From Chlorokybus atmophyticus (taxonomy: Eukaryota; Plantae; Mesostigma and Chlorokybus algae): a stretch of 64,000 bases of DNA. The translations under genes and the position numbers were made by a program. Under the pieces are notes generated by a model. It was not told the DNA's origin, ran no database searches, and saw only the letters and a program-made list of their open reading frames with translations. Positions 1 through 13,949 of this stretch are shown piece by piece (within the stretch, counting starts at the first letter, position 1; each line of letters opens with the position of its first letter). The DNA lies in NCBI GenBank assembly GCA_009103225.1, contig RHPI01002615.1, positions 256,328 to 320,327 of the forward strand, written 5' to 3'.

Positions 1-1038
1 CCGGGTATAGCGTACTTATAATTTGCTTGTTTTGCTTTGTCTTGCTATTCTGCTGCATGTGTCGATACTATATGCTTCATGTGTACAAGGATAGTATGCC
101 ACATATACCGCACACAAATCACATAGTGTGTGCACGGACTACATGTGTGCAATATTTGTACGGATCATACCCTATGCATAGCGTACATCTCCCCTACCTG
201 CCTTTCAACCTGCCTTTCCCTCTCGCTTCCTCTGGTTGCTGCAGGTAGATGCGTAGTGCTGCTAAACCTGCCTGCCTGCTGCAGCGGCATTGCTGCCTTG
301 TCACTCAGCGCATAGCACATAGCACAAGCCCCATAGTGTCATGGTGCTTAGGTTGCTGGCTGTGCTTTGAGTTAATTGCTTTGTGTTTATGCGTTTATGT
401 TGTGAGTGCTTGGCCCTTGGGTATAATCGCGTGCATGCAAGTCCAGCTACATACAACCTGCCTATGATTTACTGGTTGGTTATGTCGTTGGTGGCTGCTA
501 CTCGTACATCCTTATGCACAACATTTGCATAGCACATAAGGCACTTGGTGCGATGTAGATTATGTGAAGGCCCCGGGTGTAATAGTTGTGTTTACTTGTT
601 CATGCTAGCTTGTTCTTGTATACTATGTGGCTATACGCTGAGCATGTGTGTTTGACTTGAAATGACTACGATGTATACCCTATACAACGACTAATATCTT
701 ATACGAGGTGCATTGGGCTTGTTGCTTGATTGACGCTAAGGCTTTGTCACTGGAGTTTCATGTGTATAATAAAATCAAAGGTGCTATTGTGCACGTTTCG
801 TATAACGAGTTGCAGTTGTGCAACATGTGTCTTATGTCAATAGACTCATGAACGAGTTATTACAAGCAACCATTTCATGCTCAATTGACCTTATTTTACC
901 TAAGATGAATGCGCAATAAGCAACATAGGTCTTACCATGGCAAGTCGACAGTAGTCAGGTTAACTTATGAAGCTGCCACTTTCCACTTAGTCTTAACGTA
1001 GAGATCCTATCCATGCTTATTGATATACAATCAATGCT

Positions 1039-1642
<604 letters not shown>

Positions 1643-1760
1643 CGAAAGGGGGGGAAGAGCATTCCATATAGCAATATGCAGTAATTAGGTGCTATGCATC
1701 CAGCACATCGCTGCAGTCTGTGCCGATCTGCAGACAGTCTACACATACTGCCAGCTGATG

Positions 1761-4700
1761 TTATGTAGCCGCAGTCACTCTGAACAGTTTCACTGTATCA
1801 CCACTGAAGATAGGAGGATACTCTGTGTCTTGTGTCTTCAAATAGATCAGTGACCACAGGTAAGCACTAAACCACAGATTGGTGAACTCGTTGGCTTGAA
1901 ACTTGCGCGTCACAATCTGCCAAGAAGCACAGCCAGTACACAAATCAGAAAAGCACAAGTCTTGGTGGCATTGCTCCAACTGTCACTCCATGGTGACACA
2001 GCGTATTCCATAAAAAAACAAAATGCCGGAAAGGGGTTCTGATTTAATGCGCTCACCCTGTTTGGGACTGGTAGTAAACCAACTAATGTTGAGCTGCGTA
2101 AGAACTCCTTGCATTGCTCCAAATCTGTGGTGCCAAGCAACGCCGTTTGCGGCTCCAATGCTGCTAACAAGCGTTTAACGGAACTGAGCGGCAACTCTGC
2201 TTGAGCCTGCGTACAGAGTATGATACAAAGCACGTCCTCGCTTGTCGTCAAGTGCTGTGGGTGGTGCGAAACTGTTACTGCGATGTTGCACAAATGCATG
2301 CTCTGCACCTGTTGCAGCCACTCTTTTGTAGGGCGGAAGGTGGGGGACGCCGGCTCTGTACTGGATGTAGTGTCTTGCTGGCTGGTAGAAGGTGCTAAGT
2401 CTTCAGTACTGAAGCTGTCCGCAAGGCTAAACAGCCGCTTGAACATAACAGCATTGCGGAGGATGGCGTATGTCATCTCAACATTGCTGTCCGCCTGTAA
2501 GTAGGATACGATTTCAGCCAATGTCAGGGCCTTGCTGCTACAGAACATTCTGCAATGAGTGACAATTGCTGCAGACTCCTTACCTGGTACTCAACCAGTG
2601 TCTCCACCACAAATAAGATCTGTTTCAGATGCAAAACATTCTTTTCATTCGTCAGCAGAACGTGCGGCTTCTGAAACCGCTCAACAATGTTCATCAACTT
2701 CTCCGCAGTGCTGTAGTGAAGGGACTTCATGTATGGCGCCACATTGCCGAGAATGGTCAGGCTAACCGTGTACAAGGCCGCAACACGCTGCCCGCCATTG
2801 AATAATATCTGCCCAAGAGTAGAACATGCATAACGATGAGATCTTCAATGCCCTGCACGGTCGTGATGTTGGCTTACTACCTTTCTGCAAATCAAGGACA
2901 CCTTACCTTATAAACAACATGGTACAGAACATCCGCATAGCTGGTTCTGGATGCGGTCTTGAACTCCACAACCTTGAGCAGACTGGAGCTACACGACTTG
3001 TTCAGCGCGACGCTGAAAGTGCGTTTGCTGGCGACAAGATGAAGTTAGGACTTGTATTGCAGTGGCTTGTCACAGCCATTTGCAAGCTTGCTTAATGTGA
3101 TATGGAGGCAAACTATACCTGGATAGCAGAGTAAGAATGAAGAGTCCGACTTGTAGCAGGCCAAGCTTCGACGCATCCGCACGTGACAAGTACGTGTGTG
3201 CGAGCACAGCTTCCAAAAACTCTGTCATTGCGGAGTGACTGGCCACAAAGTCAGCAAACAAGATGTTTGTCTCCAGAAGCTTCCAAGACAGTATCAACAA
3301 CTCCTGCAATGCACAGCAAATTACAAGTAGAAACTGCGCAAGTTGCTTGCCATAAGCACTTGTGCAACTGAACCATGGCTTTGAAGCACTTGTGCACGGT
3401 GTAGTGCACCTGATAGCAATCAACGCGTCGGCGCACCAACAGAAGGCCATCATCACTTTCTTGCAGCCCGGGCACAGCATTGCGCAACAGCTGCGATAAC
3501 CCTACTAGCAAGCGCGTCATGTCCTCTGGTGCATGAATTGCCGCCAAGAAGCTTCTGAACAAGTTGCCAGTTGGCTGCGGCGACGACGGCGTCTGAGGCG
3601 TTGTGTTCTCTCCATTGCTGACCAAATCACGGGCTAGACTGCCTGGTCCTGGCACACACATCGAATGGTTACTGCGTATCATTCTGCCTGACAAGTCACT
3701 CACGAAACTTGATGCAATGCATATTCCGTTTGTGAGATCAGTCTGGCTGCTGGGAAGGCCACTACCTGGTAGTGCAACCTTTCCTGCGGTGGCATCGTAC
3801 TCCAGCAAGGCCAGCAACGCATGCAGTGCCATGGACACCAGGTGTTCCTGCGGGTCAGGCATCCCTGTTTGAACAGCATGCTGTCAAGTGGGAGTTACAT
3901 CCAAGTATTTTGTCAAGTACAGACATACACAATAACACACATGGTCCCTGGCATACCTGTCACTGTCCACCCTGGGCTGTAGGTGATGATGACATTGACC
4001 AAGCTGTAAAAAAGCTCTTCTCTGCGTGGTATGTTGCTGTCTGGAGCAACTGCAGTGCGCTGGAAGGTCTTTTCCGCTTGAAAGTAGCGCTCTGATGGTA
4101 TATAGATGCCCTCACTGACCAAAATTATCAACAGAGACAGCACTTCAGAGCGATTGTCAGCAAGGCTTGCAGCGGATGCCTGTTGACAGCGAACCAGTTG
4201 CAAATGAGTTAACTCAATCTGTTGCATGACTTGACCATACACAAGCAGGTGGTACGCTGTGCACCATTGGAGTTGAGCTGAGGAGGCCAGGCGACCAGAT
4301 CAACGCGGGAGGCGACTTGGGTAGTGTTAAGTTCTCACAAAACAACAATCGCGACGTGACTTCATGAAAAGCTTTAGCGAGGCTCGATGGTGATCCATGA
4401 TTCTCTTTGGCATGCTTGGCAATGTTGCTTGCGTTGGAGCCGTTTGTGCTTGGGGTTGGGGAGGTAGGTGTAGCGTCTAAGAATCCCTGTCACACCAATA
4501 TGAGTTTAATATTGGACACAATACGAGAACAGCACAACAGTAAGCTGTCTTCAACTGCAACTTACTGAAGGATGTAAAGAAGATAGCAGTGCAGAGAAGC
4601 CTGAGGATGTGGATGCGTCTGCGGTGCTATCATCGGGGCTGAGCGCATCCTGCAGAGCTTGCGGACCAATCTCAAGTAGACACGGTATCGCCTGTCCAAT

Positions 4701-5955
4701 TAGGCAGCACAATCAGCACTGCTCTCCTTACACACAATGCAACCTGTACTACTCTGTCTACACACACAGTGATTACTTGCTGCATACCCTGGACAGCAAG
4801 CGTGTACAGTTCAGCGCTTCCAACAAGGCTTGCTCGTCAACGGTCCAGCAAGTAACAGCGCCTTGCTTCTCTTTTAACAGCGCGCTCAAGTGTTCCAGCA
4901 CCTATGCAGAACAAATCTACACTCAACTGGGGAATGTGTTGTTTGATCGGCAGTTTTACATGAACGATAACTACTCTATGACCAAAGTGCATGCATAACA
5001 TGCAGGTCGAATCAGATTGTAGGTTGTTGCGTCAGCAGTCACAGCTGTTGCATACTCACTAGCATATGCTTCGCATTCACAACTTCATCCTACCTGCTTG
5101 ACAAGCCAGACTAGGTTGCTAGGATAATTTGAGTAGATCTCGCGAACTGCTGCAGCTGGAAAGCCCGTGAACACATCATCCGCAGTCTGCAACCAGAAGG
5201 ACACAAGCATAAGCCAGGCAACTGCAACTGTGCAGCTGAACTCAGACCGGCCTTCAAACCTCAACAAGCTTTGGCAAGCTTGCACTTGTAAGCTTGCAGA
5301 TGATCCTGCTGACTGGCAAACAGAAATACCAAATGGCAAAAGCAAAGTCTGTGCGACCCTTTGCTGCTAGGTGTTGTCCTGTTCGACCTGCTGTTGCAGT
5401 CATTGACATTACGTGAACATGTGATGTGCATGCAAACCGATTGATTCCAGTATTGGATTCACCACAGCACTTCGCTGACCAAGACTGCTGCCAACAGACA
5501 CGTGTCACATAATTGAAGCTGTGAAGTAGGCATAGTGCACAGCAGAATGCGCTATCACGTTCTTACAGACGATTCCGAATCAAATCAAGGTAAGTCAGAG
5601 ACACAGCACACGTGCATCACATTGGCGTGAGAGTCTGCCCTCAGTTAGCAGCCAAGTAAAGTTATTCCACAACCTACAAGGCCAGAACCACTCCAAAGGC
5701 ATGAGCATATCGACAGTCGCGAACAGAAGCATGACAGGGTACGCATGAACTTGAATTAAGCTACTGCATGACTAAACTCAGCTGCCACACCACATTGCAG
5801 CCGAGCTACTGCTGGCACTCGTAGGACCAGCTTCAGCGCACCTGAGGAAGCTTCCAGAAGCTCTGCAGCAGTTTGGCAGTCTCTGCATCCGCTTTGCCCC
5901 TAGTGAGGGCGGCGACGGCGGGACGGAACGCCTCCTTGGAGTCCCCCGCACCCAT
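1761..5955 (-). CDS. HID1: HID1/Ecm30-family Golgi/trafficking protein (multi-exon)
   Basis: First exon is MGAGDSKEAFRPAVAALT (HID1 MGSTDSKLNFRKAV). Internal exons include DDVFTGFPAAAVREIYSNYPSNL, RSEVLSLLIILVSEGIY, NLFRSFLAAIH and NVAPYMKSL. The C-terminus is IVTRKFQANEFTNLWFSAYLWSLIYL...VKLF. Internal exon borders were not all resolved. Confidence 0.88.
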
Positions 5956-6288
5956 GACACAACAGTGACAGTGAGCACTTGTGCCCAACCTAATTAATCA
6001 TCAGTCGCATTGTGTCCTGCGACCTGCTTTGGTCTGAAGCCTCTCCTTCCCCGTTTCGCCACGACAGCCCCTCCTGCCGCCAACGACAACGCCAACTCCA
6101 TGCGTATGACTGCTGCTGCTAACAACCCAAACAGCGTTACACTGCGTGATGCACGTGAGTGACGTAGTGGCGTTGCATCACGGAAGCATGCGTGACGCTG
6201 TTAGAATGGAATTAGTGAGGGAAGGTTAATCAGGAAAGTTGTGAGACAATGGTACAGTGTACTTTCATACTCGGTGGTGTAGTTAATC

Positions 6289-9200
6289 ATGTCGCCGGCG
6301 ACAACGGCGGCGGCGACGGACGGGGAGGGGACGCAGGCGGCGAGGCGGGAGGCCTTGTCGTCGTCGGCACCTTGGTGGCTGCCTGCGCCGGGTTTGGCGC
6401 TGCCTTTTGATCTCTTGACGGTGCCTGCCGGCGAACGTGCAGACGGCGCCTCCCTCGATGAGGACACGCTGCCGTCGGCGGCAACGACGAGGACACGCTC
6501 GGCTCTCAGCAATGCCGCCGATGCCACTCACCCTGTGACCCTTCCCGATCGCAAGGAGCTGAAACCCCAGCCAGACTGGACCCTGGATGATCTCATGCGG
6601 GAGCTCAATGCTCTCACGCCTCCCCGTGAAGATGTAGGGTTCTCCTTTAGACAACAGCGGCGTAAGCAGCCTATGCGACAGCCTGTGGCTGAAAAGAAGA
6701 AGGTTGACAGAAGTAGAGATCCGCATAGAGAGTACGTGGCAATGCTTCCTGGAATGCTGGCAAACAACAATGTTGCTGCTTGCATGCATGCAACTGTTTC
6801 TTTCAGGCATTTGCAGCTTGCACGTGTCTGATTGTGATGGATTGTACTACATGAATTGCGAGATGTGTCATTTGCGGTTGTGGGTACAGTGTGCTTATTG
6901 CAAGGCCGTGCATAGCACAATCTTCATTGCAGCATCCCCCAGCCAATAAGTGTACTGTGCACATGTCCAGTATGGCATGCACAACAGCACAGCACCGTTG
7001 GCCTTGTGCTGCTCTTTTCTTTTCGTTAGTTGGTGCGTGTCATGCAACTGATAACAAGATGCTGTTCACCATGCAGTCGTGATGGCTGTGCTCATGACAA
7101 CATAATCTCCATAATCTTCAGTGAGAAGGATGCCTGTCAACATGTTGCTCGTTGCGCAGAGCATGGAGCTTTAGTGTACCAAGAGACCTTACAGATGACG
7201 AGAGCAGTGCAACCAACAACAGCAGTGAAAGCGGAGTTCAAAGCAGGTCTGGTGCTGGCGATTAATGTTTTTCAGTTGTCTGCTTTTACTTCTGCTTGGC
7301 TTGAGCCGATGCAAGCTGTTTGATGAAAATACGCGGTGGTATACAGTTCCGTGAACCACAGCGGTGCTCAGCAGGAGTGATAAAAGGTTCTGTTATGGTG
7401 CCCCAGCTGGCTTGGCGGACAGTTCCGATGATGAAGAGGATAATGCCACCAGTGCACCAGCAACGTGAGTCCAACTTCAAAGCACGGTCTGTTGAAAGCG
7501 TTCCTGTGTGGACGTATGCCTGCTTGTACTTGTGCATCTGCGTGTGTGGGCCTGTGCGTGTGGATCAGCACTTAACGTATGTGATGGTCCTGCGTACTCT
7601 GCCAGGGATGTAGCAAGTCAAGCATGGAAGCAGCTTCGCGCGCAAGGTGCTGCTATTGCAAAGGATGAAGTGAGGGAAGTTTTGTACCTTCTGGAGGTAC
7701 AAAGACGGCAACGCGCACGGGTGAGTGTTGTGTTTATGTACGGAGACATGCAGCATCATGACTACTCCTTTTATTTGAGTATGATTATTTATTCAGGATG
7801 AGGCACGAAGGAGGCGTTTAGAGCTGGAGGAAAAGCTCAACAAAATACAAGCAGAGGAGATAAGCACATTGGACATGCTTGCTGAGGCCGCTCAAGAGCA
7901 GCGAAAGCAGACAGGAAAAGTTGACGATTGCAATGCCCAGCAAAGGTTTGAAGCTCACCAACACTCATCACGCAGTGCGCGCGCGTGTGTGCTAAGCTTC
8001 AATGTGTGTCTCGTACACACCTGCAGGGAGACCGTGAGGCAGATGATCACAACCGAGCTGGAGCGCGATCATAAGCAACGTGCTAGCGTTGTGGATAGAA
8101 AAATACAGCAGGAGCTGGCTGCGGCTGAAGCAGCTGCTCGAGCGGAGGCCGAGCGCCAACAACTGGAGCTGAGGCGGAGACAAGAGGAGGAGGCTCGTAG
8201 GCGTCAAGCAGAACTGGCAGCACAGAAGGTGACTGCAGTGGTTGTTTTCCCAAATAAAGCAGTCTTTGCGTGTTATGCCTCAGTGACACACACATGCACT
8301 GTACCATGTCAGTTCACTCAGTAGTAACAAGGTGTTGCTTTGTTGATTGCCGAATCACGCAAACTACTGAGTAGTATAGTATATGTCTATGGAGTGGTTA
8401 GAAGATGGCCAAGGAGGGCTTGGTTTGTATGAAAAGCACTGGATGTATGTGTTACTACTGCTCTCTGATGGCCAACGCTATGCAGGCTGAGGCTGATAAG
8501 CAGGCTGCAGAAGCAGCCGCCAAAGCGCAAGCTGCCGAGGAGGCAAAGCAGAGAGCTGCGGCGGCCGAAGCAAGGCTTAAGGCACAGCAGCAGGTTGCAG
8601 CGCAGCAGGCCAGTGCTGTTCAACAAGCAGCGAAGGGTCCGAGCATACGCATAGCCCAGAGCGCAGCTGAGACCGAGCGCAAGCTGGCAGAGAAGTTGCA
8701 AGCAGCTGAGCAATCCGTACTGGAGTTTGCTACAGACCCAAATAGAAAAAAGGCAGGTATCTGTTCAATGGATATGCAAGAAGATTTAGGTGATATACTC
8801 AACTGAGATTGTGCTTGCAGGATCGGCGTGAGCTAGATAAGAAAGTGATACTGCACATACAGCAGATATCGGCAACGCAGCAGCAGGTGATAAAGAAGGC
8901 CGGTGACATAGTGCAGTTGCTATCAAGTGCTCAGCAGCCAGTCATCCGCACATACTTGCTGCTGACATTTGCAACGAAGCTGCTGTCCCAATGCGAGTCT
9001 CAAGTGCAGAAGCTTCCATCCTTTGCGTTCCCACTGGCCCAGGCATGTAGTAGTGCAGAGCGTGAGCACGTACACACCCACTTGTTATGTCAATGTGCAT
9101 GTTGGAGTTGATTGCACGCTGGTTGATCTTGTCAACCTGCAGGTGGCAGTGCTGGTCTCCTTGCAAGTTCCTGAGTTGTTGGAGCTTCTTGTGGCCAAGT

Positions 9201-9986
9201 TTCACAGGGCCTGTATATACACTGTACCGAAGTATTACCCCTTCGATCGGCAACGGCTGTCCTCTGATGCTGAGTACTTTTCGCTCATTGGCCAGAAGTT
9301 TAATGCGCAAACGGGGGAGCCCGCAGAGTCAACAGACGACTACTTGGGTCGTATGGGCGGATACATCACGCTGTATGCCGCTATCACGCAGGTGGGTACG
9401 TGTGTTCGCTTAACTGTGTGAGGCGGCTAAATTCCTGGCAGCTGCATGGTGCAATCTGTGCATTTGTTTGCTTTCCAGGTGGACATTCTGCAGCCAGGAG
9501 TGACTCACCCATATGGTTTGCAACATGCGTGGTCATGGCTGGCTCGCTTGCTCAACCGACTGCCACCTAACCGAGCCACAGCCACTGCGCTGGAGTCCTT
9601 CTTGAAGGCAAGCAGTATACTTCATTGCTCAGATGCGGTCACCGCAGTACCTAAGTCTGCTACACACTTGCCCTTGTTCAATAAATGTATGGGTGTATGT
9701 ACTTGCTGCTTAACAACATGTTGTTGCACCCATCCTTGTGACACTTTTGTTATGAAACATGCAGGTTGCCGGCTATCGTCTGCACCGGCAATATGAGCGG
9801 CAGTTGATGAAGCTTCTCGCAGCGGTGCATGATGAGTTCTTACCCAAAGTTGCCGTGACAAATGACCCAGATGCCCGCGCCGTGATGACGCGGTTGCAGA
9901 CGTATTTGCTCAGTCAGCAGTTCTTGCAAGAGCCGGAGGGACGATTTCTACCCAAAACGGATCTGTCATCAACGCTTCGAGCATAG
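6289..9986 (+). CDS. GLE1: mRNA export factor GLE1 (multi-exon)
   Basis: A coiled-coil E/A/Q/R-rich region is followed by GLE1-domain motifs FAFPLAQ, LLVAKFHRACIYTVPKY, ESTDDYLGRMGGYITLYAAITQ, GLQHAWSWLARLLNRLPPNRATATALESFLKVAGYRL and AVMTRLQTYL. Confidence 0.9.
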
Positions 9987-10346
9987 CAAGCTTGATTAAG
10001 CTTGTTCAAAGCCAAGGGCACACTGTCCTCTTCTAATTGCGTTGTTGGCCGCTATTGCGGCAGATCACGACTGATCGCCCTGCTGTGCTGTTTTTCAAAG
10101 AATATACAATGCATTGATGCATATTGTTGTGAAAACACTTGCTCACTTATTGACTAGACGTGTGGTCTTGCATGTGTTGGCCGTGCTTATCCATGCAATG
10201 CACAGATCCTCTGTATGCAGCAGACTGCTGGGTGCTGAATGGGGACATGTGAGAAATGCAGCCTTGTAGGTTGATAACTTGGAATGCCAGAACACGCATG
10301 GTGCAACAATGTTGGATTACAGGTCCTGTTGGCAGGAGCACCAGTG

Positions 10347-12163
10347 CTAGCTGCGCTTTTTGTCGCCTGAGAATGATGTGCTGCGATCAATGGCTCGCAA
10401 CTGGGCTTTCAGATCTTCATTCTCTTCCAACAGACGCCTGAACTCCAAGCCCTAAACACACAATAATTGAAAATACTCAGCGCATGACGGGGACACGCAC
10501 AATCTATTGATTGGACATTCACTTGTACTGAGTTTGGGGATGCCCATGCACTGATTATACGAAGCACCTCAACCACAAACGCAACAGGGTATCACGCATG
10601 CACATGCAGACGTGAATGCACAGAGGTGCATGCATACACGCACGCACACATGCACATACCTGGCCCTCTGCTTGCTTCTTGATGGCTTTGAGACTGGCTT
10701 CTGACGAAGCCACACTCTTCCAAGCCTCTTCCATTTTGCTCTGCAACTTTTCGTTTTCTGTCCGCAATTGCTCCACGACCGACTTTTCTCCTGGCTTGAC
10801 ATCAACCTCCTGCGAGAGTACAATTCAAACAGATAGCCCATTCACATCCGCAGCCACGCAAGCAAACATGGAACACAGCACAACAATCCTGCCTGTATCA
10901 ACCGTTGCGCGCCAAAACACTATGATATCACCATGATATGCATCGCAGACAGAGTTGAACATGCAGGCATCACACAAACGAACGAACCTTTGACTCCTGT
11001 GCTTGCGCCTCTTTCTGCAAGCGCAGGTACTCAGTCTGAACGTTTTTGGCTTGCCGCTGCAGAGCGTCGTTGCTGAGCTCTGCGCGCTCCAGACTGCGCA
11101 TGGTCGCGTGTAGAACCCTCAGCACACCAACCAGTAGCAAGCCAGAACCTAAGTACGCAATAACACCACGCAAGACACAGTGTCAGCTTGCAGCTGAGTA
11201 ACTGTAGTGAGACATTTGTGTCACAGACGCATACACATGCAGACACGCGCTTGCACGCACGTACCTGTCAGGAATACTGTTTCCCTAAGATTGTAAATGT
11301 CTCGCTCGTCAATGAAGCTCTGACTAACACTCTGCTGCGCACCCGCCTGTCGCATGACAAGCATAGTTTATAATATGCTTGTACAAGTGATCTCCTTAAC
11401 ACATATGCAACGCTTGCCGTGGAAGCTGAGCAGCAGTGATATGCGCATGCACTGCATCATCGGATGCGCGTAACAGCTTGACAAACTTCCTCGCGCCCTC
11501 ACCCGAACGGCATTGGTTTTGCTGCGTAGTTCAAACAGGCTGTTGGCGCAGAGGATGCCGAGCGCAGCAGCATAGACTGTTGACACCAGCGTGCCACCCC
11601 CAGGTGACTTAAAGAGTCCAACTGTGCTTATAGCCAGATTCCGCACAGGCCTAACAACATGCACATGACGTGAGACAGCTCAAAAGCAGCAACTGAAACT
11701 AAATAAACAACTTAGTGGCACACGCAGTGGCTACAAGCAGCACGTGTGCAACAGAGCAGACTACGCTCATGCTGCCTTGCTTGTAAAGGCTGCAGCAGCT
11801 GCTGCTTTGTCCTTCACAAGCATATCCTGTTGACAATTGCAACACTTGATATGCCAATGGCGTATGCAAGCCACACAGCAGGTAGTATGTGATGAAGCGG
11901 CTGCAAGCACTGTCAGAAAGACGAGACAATCAGCTGCTGCGGCCAGTGAATGCAGGCCGGCTGAGCTGCTGAAATGGCAGCCGAAAGCCATAGACGGCAT
12001 TGCAGTTTGCGACTAAGGTATGAGCACTAGACTCTCTGCCATCTAAGTTCTCAACTTGTGTTAACTTAGCAAATCAAGCCTTCACTCACTTTATTGGCAG
12101 CATGAGCAGGGCCACCAGCGCCACCTCTAGCCCCACAAACACGTACAGCGGCAACCGAAGCAT
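10347..12163 (-). CDS. BAP31/BAP29-like ER membrane protein
   Basis: Starts MLRLPLYVFVGLEVALVALLMLP, with two further hydrophobic segments and a C-terminal coiled coil SLKAIKKQAEG...YRRLLEENEDLKAQL ending in ER-retrieval-like DKKRS*. Confidence 0.8.
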
Positions 12164-12453
12164 GGCTCTCCAGCGCACAAGCCAGTGCTACTTAAACAAC
12201 ACAGCGGGCAGCACCCCAGGAAAGCGCTGCGCTTGGAACCACGTGTGGCAAGGCAGAGGTTACAGCGCAGGCATGCTCCGCCGACAACAGCAGCTCGCCT
12301 TGACCTCTTTGTAACCCTTGGCTTTCTTCGCTTCTCAAACTTAGCACTCACGGCAGCAGCTTGGTCAATGATCAGCTTGCGCTACCTGCAAGGCAGCCGC
12401 TAGCGCCAAGACGTGCGCTGCAGTCATCTGCAACCAAAACTGGGAGAATGCGT

Positions 12454-12461
12454 TAGGGTTT
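12454..12461 (+). promoter_or_regulatory. Telo-box-like TAGGGTTT upstream of the LPA1-type TPR gene
   Basis: Exact 8-mer about 80 nt before ATG 12539. It has the same sense orientation as three other copies in the window. Confidence 0.35.
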
Positions 12462-12538
12462 TGGCCACCGTGGTGGTTGTTGGTGCTGTTGTGAACATGG
12501 CTGGAATGGTCGCCGCCGTCGGCGGTGGTGGTGGTCAC

Positions 12539-13949
12539 ATGGTGGCTACGGTTATTGCGCCCTCTGTGGCTGCCACTGTGCTGGCTTTGAGGCGCCCTGT
12601 CTTGCCTGCAGCGGTGAGGACGTCCAGCTGCAGCCAAGGCCAACGTGCTGCAGGCAACACGCACAGCATCTGCCTCAGAGCACGTAGTGCAGCAGGACGG
12701 AGAAGCGTGCGGCACCGCCGCAGCACAGCTATCTGTGCGCTGGAAAGCGAGGGAAACAGGCAGGCAAGCATCACTGCGTGCCTATCGGAGAAGCATCGTG
12801 TGACTTGGGTGGATTGGACTTGCCTTTCTGCATGCCATGCACAGCAAAAGCATTATCATCGTTGCATGCTGAGTGTTGTCACTTACATTGCGTGCCCCTC
12901 AGGATACCAGCAGCAGCGCTGCCTCCCCATCCAGCCCTCAAGACACCGCTGGGTGAGGTCTGCGGACAGTTGTTGTGCATTGCTGTCATTGTGCTCAGGA
13001 GCTTTGATTGCGGTGGGTTATCGCCCAACTTGAATGTGAAGCGCGTAAAGCATTCAATGTATTGTCGCGTTCAAAGCAAGTGTGCTTGAAGCTTGTTGGT
13101 CCCCCGTGCATGCAAAGTAACACAGCTGTACAGCACTGCGTCTGCCAGCATTACACGAAGTAGCTCCATGCATTGTCACCTTGTCATAAGCGCTGGCATT
13201 GCCAGGGTGTGTGCTGACAAACAGGCTTCCTTGCAGATCACTGATTGAAAGGGGGATCTCCGACTTCAAGCAGGGCAAGCATAGAGAAGCATATGCGCTG
13301 TTCCAGCAATCCCTCAAGTTGGTACGTGTGCTACTTTACAAGGAATTGCTGTTTCCTTCGAGATTTGGCAGCAACTCGGTTCCAACTGCACGACAGTCAT
13401 GCGGACTCCTGCATTTTGCAGAAACCCACCACTGCTGAGAGCCGTGCTGCCCTCTACAACCTAGCATGTTGTCACGTTGCATTCAATGAACCCGATGCTG
13501 CCGCCGTGGCGTTGAAAGAGGCCGTGAGGAAGCATGATCTAAATCTGGGGTACGTTGCTATTATACCTGAGCCCATGTTGTTGGTTCAGTGTACTGCTAG
13601 CTTGACACAGAGCGAGGGTGTTCAACCAGAGCGGGATTCATGTTGTGTTTGTTATGTACAGTGTGGCTGCTCGGGACCCGGACATGGCTGCGTTCCGGCA
13701 GCTTCCTCAATACAGCCAGTTGCAGCGTGAGGTCAACCCACTGTACATAATTCAACGAGTGGTGAGCACTCACATACATACACTGCTGTGGCATGGTCAT
13801 AAGGCATGGTCCGTCTGCTGCGTTGCTTGTGTGTCACACTAGGAACCTCATCGTTTGTGTGACCGCAGCTTGGAGTTTTGTTTGCGCTTTGGATTGGAGG
13901 AGCAATCGTTTACCGGCTGCTGGTGGCAGTAGGTGTTGCAGAGTATTAG
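12539..13949 (+). CDS. Plastid-targeted TPR protein with LPA1/MET1-type TPR and one C-terminal TM helix (~220 aa)
   Basis: Six phase-compatible exons give a transit-peptide-like N-terminus, then LIERGISDFKQGKHREAYALFQQSLKLKPTTAESRAALYNLACCH...RDPDMAAFRQLPQY, then LGVLFALWIGGAIVYRLLVAV. The last exon is inferred. Confidence 0.65.
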
